This document shows, piece after piece, positions 61,486 through 64,000 of a stretch of DNA of 64,000 nucleotides. The translations under genes were made by a program, and so were the position numbers. The stretch lies in NCBI GenBank assembly GCA_036003325.1, contig DASYSM010000158.1, forward strand, positions 14,828-78,827, in the 5' to 3' direction. A model generated the notes under the pieces. It saw only the letters and a program-made list of their open reading frames with translations, made no database searches and was not told the DNA's origin. Within the stretch, counting starts at the first letter, position 1. Every line of letters starts with the position of its first letter. This stretch comes from Candidatus Limnocylindrales bacterium. GTDB taxonomy: Bacteria; Chloroflexota; Limnocylindria; Limnocylindrales; CSP1-4.

Positions 61486-63099
61486 TCAGCCGAACGCCAT
61501 GCCCTCGGCTGCAGCCGATGGCACGACATCGGGTTGCCGCGCCATCCGGAACGAGACGAGCAGGCCGAGGAGGCCGGCAAGCAGCGGCACCAAGAGGGCG
61601 ACCTGCAGCGCGAACGGCCTGACCTCGGTGTTGATACGGATGATCTCGGCCTTGACCGCGGGTGTCTGTCCGATGAGCTGCTCCTCGAGCTGGGTATTCG
61701 TCATCAGCTCGGCGTCGTCCTCGAGGGCCTGGGCGACCTGCTGCTGTTCGGCGGGGCTGAGGACGACGCTCGACTGGGCCGCCGCGGTGAACGCGAAGGC
61801 CAGGGTCGCGAGCATGACGCCACCGGCCATCGCGAGTCCGAACGACAGGCCGAACGATCCGGCCGCGGAGTTCACACCGGCCGCCTCGCTGATCCGCTCC
61901 TCGGTGATCGGCGCCAGCGTGTAGTTGTTGAGCTGGGACACGAGCAGGCCCAGGCCTGCCCCGACGACGATCAACGGGATCGCCAGCCAGAGACCGGAAT
62001 CCGCCCGCGGCACCAGCGGGAGCATCGCCAGGACGCCGACGGACAGGAGGCCGAAGCCGGCGCGGATGACGATGCTCGAGCGGCGGCGGCCGCCTCGTCG
62101 CGCGGCCAGGATCGCCACCGCGAACATCGTCAGCGACAGCGGCGCGATCGACAGTCCGGTCTGGAGCGCGTTGTACTCGAGGACCATCTGGAGGAAGATC
62201 GGGAGAGCGATCATCGCCCCGCCGAGAGCGATGTTCTGGAGCATCTGGCCGCTGATCCCGAGACGGAAGATCGCCGACGTGAACAGGCCCGGGTCCAGCA
62301 GGGTCACCTTTCCCTGGGCCTTCCGGCTGGTGAGCCAGCGCCACAGCAGCCCGAGTGCGATGACGCCGACGAGGATCAGGATCCCGACGGCCTCGGCGCC
62401 CTCCTGCCAGGCGAGGATCCCGAGCACGATGCCGCCCATGCCCAGCACCGACAGCAGTGCGCCGACCGGATCGAGGTGGCGGTCCCCGGTATACGGGACG
62501 TCGCGCACCAGCCGGATCCCGGCCAGGACGATGCCGATCACGACGAGTTCCAGGGCAAACCCCACCCGCCACGACAGGAACGTGGTGACGAAGCCGCCGA
62601 GCAGCGGCCCGACGGCCGCCGCGATGGCCGCCGATGCGCCGACCAGCGCGTACACGCGCTTCTGGGCGGCGCCCTCGAAGTTGCCATGGATGAGCGACTG
62701 CATCGCCGGCAGGAGCAGCGAGGCACCCAGCCCGCCGAGGATCGCCCAGAAGATGACCACCGGCAGGAGGGTCTGGGCGAGGGTCATCGCCAGCGCCCCG
62801 ACGGCATAGCCGAGCAGGCCCAGGACGTACGCTCGCCGACGACCGATGAGATCGCCGATCTTGCTGCTGATGAGGATGAACGCCGCCGACACGAGCGCCT
62901 CGAGCGCGATGGCCGACTGGACGCCGCTGACCGTGGTGCCGAGGTCGGTGACGACCGCCGAGATCGACACGTTCATCAGCGATGTGTCGACGACCAGGAC
63001 GAACATCGCCATGGCGAGGAGCACGGCGAGGCGCGGGTTCCAGGTGTCCTCGGCGCCCTCGGCGGGTCGTGCGGCAGCGACACCTGCGGACTCGGTCAC
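61486..63099 (-). CDS. MFS drug-efflux transporter (DHA2-like, 14 TMS)
   Basis: GTG start (V143 of ORF 61486..63525) after a GGGAGG ribosome-binding site. Motif A (GDLIGRRR). Confidence 0.85.
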   Translation of the reverse strand: MTESAGVAAARPAEGAEDTWNPRLAVLLAMAMFVLVVDTSLMNVSISAVVTDLGTTVSGVQSAIALEALVSAAFILISSKIGDLIGRRRAYVLGLLGYAVGALAMTLAQTLLPVVIFWAILGGLGASLLLPAMQSLIHGNFEGAAQKRVYALVGASAAIAAAVGPLLGGFVTTFLSWRVGFALELVVIGIVLAGIRLVRDVPYTGDRHLDPVGALLSVLGMGGIVLGILAWQEGAEAVGILILVGVIALGLLWRWLTSRKAQGKVTLLDPGLFTSAIFRLGISGQMLQNIALGGAMIALPIFLQMVLEYNALQTGLSIAPLSLTMFAVAILAARRGGRRRSSIVIRAGFGLLSVGVLAMLPLVPRADSGLWLAIPLIVVGAGLGLLVSQLNNYTLAPITEERISEAAGVNSAAGSFGLSFGLAMAGGVMLATLAFAFTAAAQSSVVLSPAEQQQVAQALEDDAELMTNTQLEEQLIGQTPAVKAEIIRINTEVRPFALQVALLVPLLAGLLGLLVSFRMARQPDVVPSAAAEGMAFG

Positions 63100-63301
63100 G
63101 CTGCTCCGCCTCCCTCTGCCATCGCGCCGACAGGCGTCGGCCGCGCGCTCACAACCTACAGCATCGGGGACCGGCCCTCGCGCCGGGGGCACAGCTGAGC
63201 AGCTTCGGAGAAGCGCAGCGCCGGCCGGGTGGTTAGGGTCTGGGTGAACCACCGACACAGCGACCACCATCGGGACGCTCCGAATGAAAGGATGGACGGA
63301 C

Positions 63302-63778
63302 ATGGCCGACGCGAAGACATCCACCACCCGACGCAGCACGGCGAAGTCGTCGCGCAACGTCTTGAGCGACGTCGAGCGCGCCGCGATGCAGGAGACCGTG
63401 CGGGAGCGCAAGAAGACCGCGAAGCTCAGCCCGGAGGAGGCCCGCGCCGAGGGTGAGGCCGACGTCCAGGCCAAGATCGCCGAGATGGCCGACGACGATC
63501 GGGCCATCGCAGCGCAGATCCACAAGATCGTCCTTGCGACCGCACCCGACCTCGTGCCACGGACGTTCTACGGGATGCCGGCGTATGCCAAGGACGGCAA
63601 GGTGATCTGCTTCTTCCAGGCGAAGGCGAAGTTCAAGGTGCGCTACTCGACCCTGGGCTTCCAGCCCGACGCGTCGCTCGACGACGGCGAGATGTGGCCG
63701 GTCGGTTTCGCCGTCACGAAGCTGACCCCGGCGGCCGAGAAGCGGATCGCCGGGCTGGTCAAGAAGGCCGCCGGCTGA
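63302..63778 (+). CDS. DUF1801 (YdhG-like) domain protein
   Basis: ATG (M7 of ORF 63284..63778) after an AAAGGA ribosome-binding site. C-terminal GMPAYAKDGKVICFF motif typical of DUF1801. Confidence 0.6.
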   Translation: MADAKTSTTRRSTAKSSRNVLSDVERAAMQETVRERKKTAKLSPEEARAEGEADVQAKIAEMADDDRAIAAQIHKIVLATAPDLVPRTFYGMPAYAKDGKVICFFQAKAKFKVRYSTLGFQPDASLDDGEMWPVGFAVTKLTPAAEKRIAGLVKKAAG

Positions 63779-64000
63779 GGCTGGCCTGATCGCCCGGCAA
63801 GCGGCGTGGTGCCAACACGCTCTCGCGCCGGGCTCGCCGCCGAGCCGCCAAGGAGGAGGCCCGGATAGGTCGCCGGTCGCGGTCGCCCGCCCGGTGATCG
63901 GATCCGAACCCGTCCGTACCGCCGTGCCGGTCAGGGCTTCAGTCGTGGGTCCTGTGTCGGATCCGCGTACATCGGTGGGCAGCCGTGATCGACGGCTGCG

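Noticed and set aside
61115-62572. 485-aa minus-strand ORF in an alternative frame across the MFS efflux gene
   Set aside because: Arg/Pro/Gly low-complexity translation. The in-frame MFS protein with 14 TMS explains the region.
63779-64000. Possible partial gene at the window end
   Set aside because: There is no ORF in the supplied track and no start or stop context recognisable within 220 bp. Cannot be supported.

Overview
This is a 64 kb, high-GC (~70%) chromosomal segment of actinobacterial type. The lineage call is an inference from an HspR/HAIR-controlled heat-shock operon, F420-dependent LLM oxidoreductases including an Fgd-like enzyme, a DinB_2/DUF664 protein, a CsoR repressor and an EXLDI-family protein. 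About 65 protein-coding genes are supportable. No rRNA, tRNA, CRISPR array or obvious mobile element is seen.

The housekeeping genes are purH, glpX, hpt, holB, acyP, rsmG and the clpB/dnaJ/lon chaperone and protease set. These sit alongside accessory modules:
- an aromatic-catabolism-like cluster: Rieske ferredoxin, amidohydrolase-2, gentisate-dioxygenase-like bicupin, preceded by a TPP enzyme and an aldehyde dehydrogenase;
- a Liv-type branched-chain amino-acid ABC importer;
- a K+ homeostasis island: two TrkA, a USP and tandem KimA paralogs;
- a molybdate ModAB transporter with an HTH-TOBE regulator;
- a LysR-controlled FMO/SDR module;
- an ABC-2 exporter.

The most unusual observations are:
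- a TRIP13/Pch2-like AAA+ ATPase translationally coupled to the bicupin dioxygenase, with no HORMA or CD-NTase partner;
- an ECF sigma / beta-propeller anti-sigma / EXLDI / ABC-2 exporter operon with paired palindromes in front of the EXLDI gene;
- a J-domain::HTH_17 fusion with no canonical start codon;
- an NYN-domain protein carrying a ~470-aa RG-rich disordered tail next to holB;
- three overlapping hypothetical genes, including a very acidic 100-aa protein coupled to a possible PD-(D/E)xK-like protein;
- a single co-directional hspR-lon-dnaJ-clpB operon with a near-consensus HAIR operator and an adjacent 18-bp triple tandem repeat.

Many long antisense shadow ORFs in the six-frame track are rejected as artefacts of GC-rich sequence. 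Hand-read coordinates may be off by +/-1; internal starts were derived from residue counts within the supplied ORFs.
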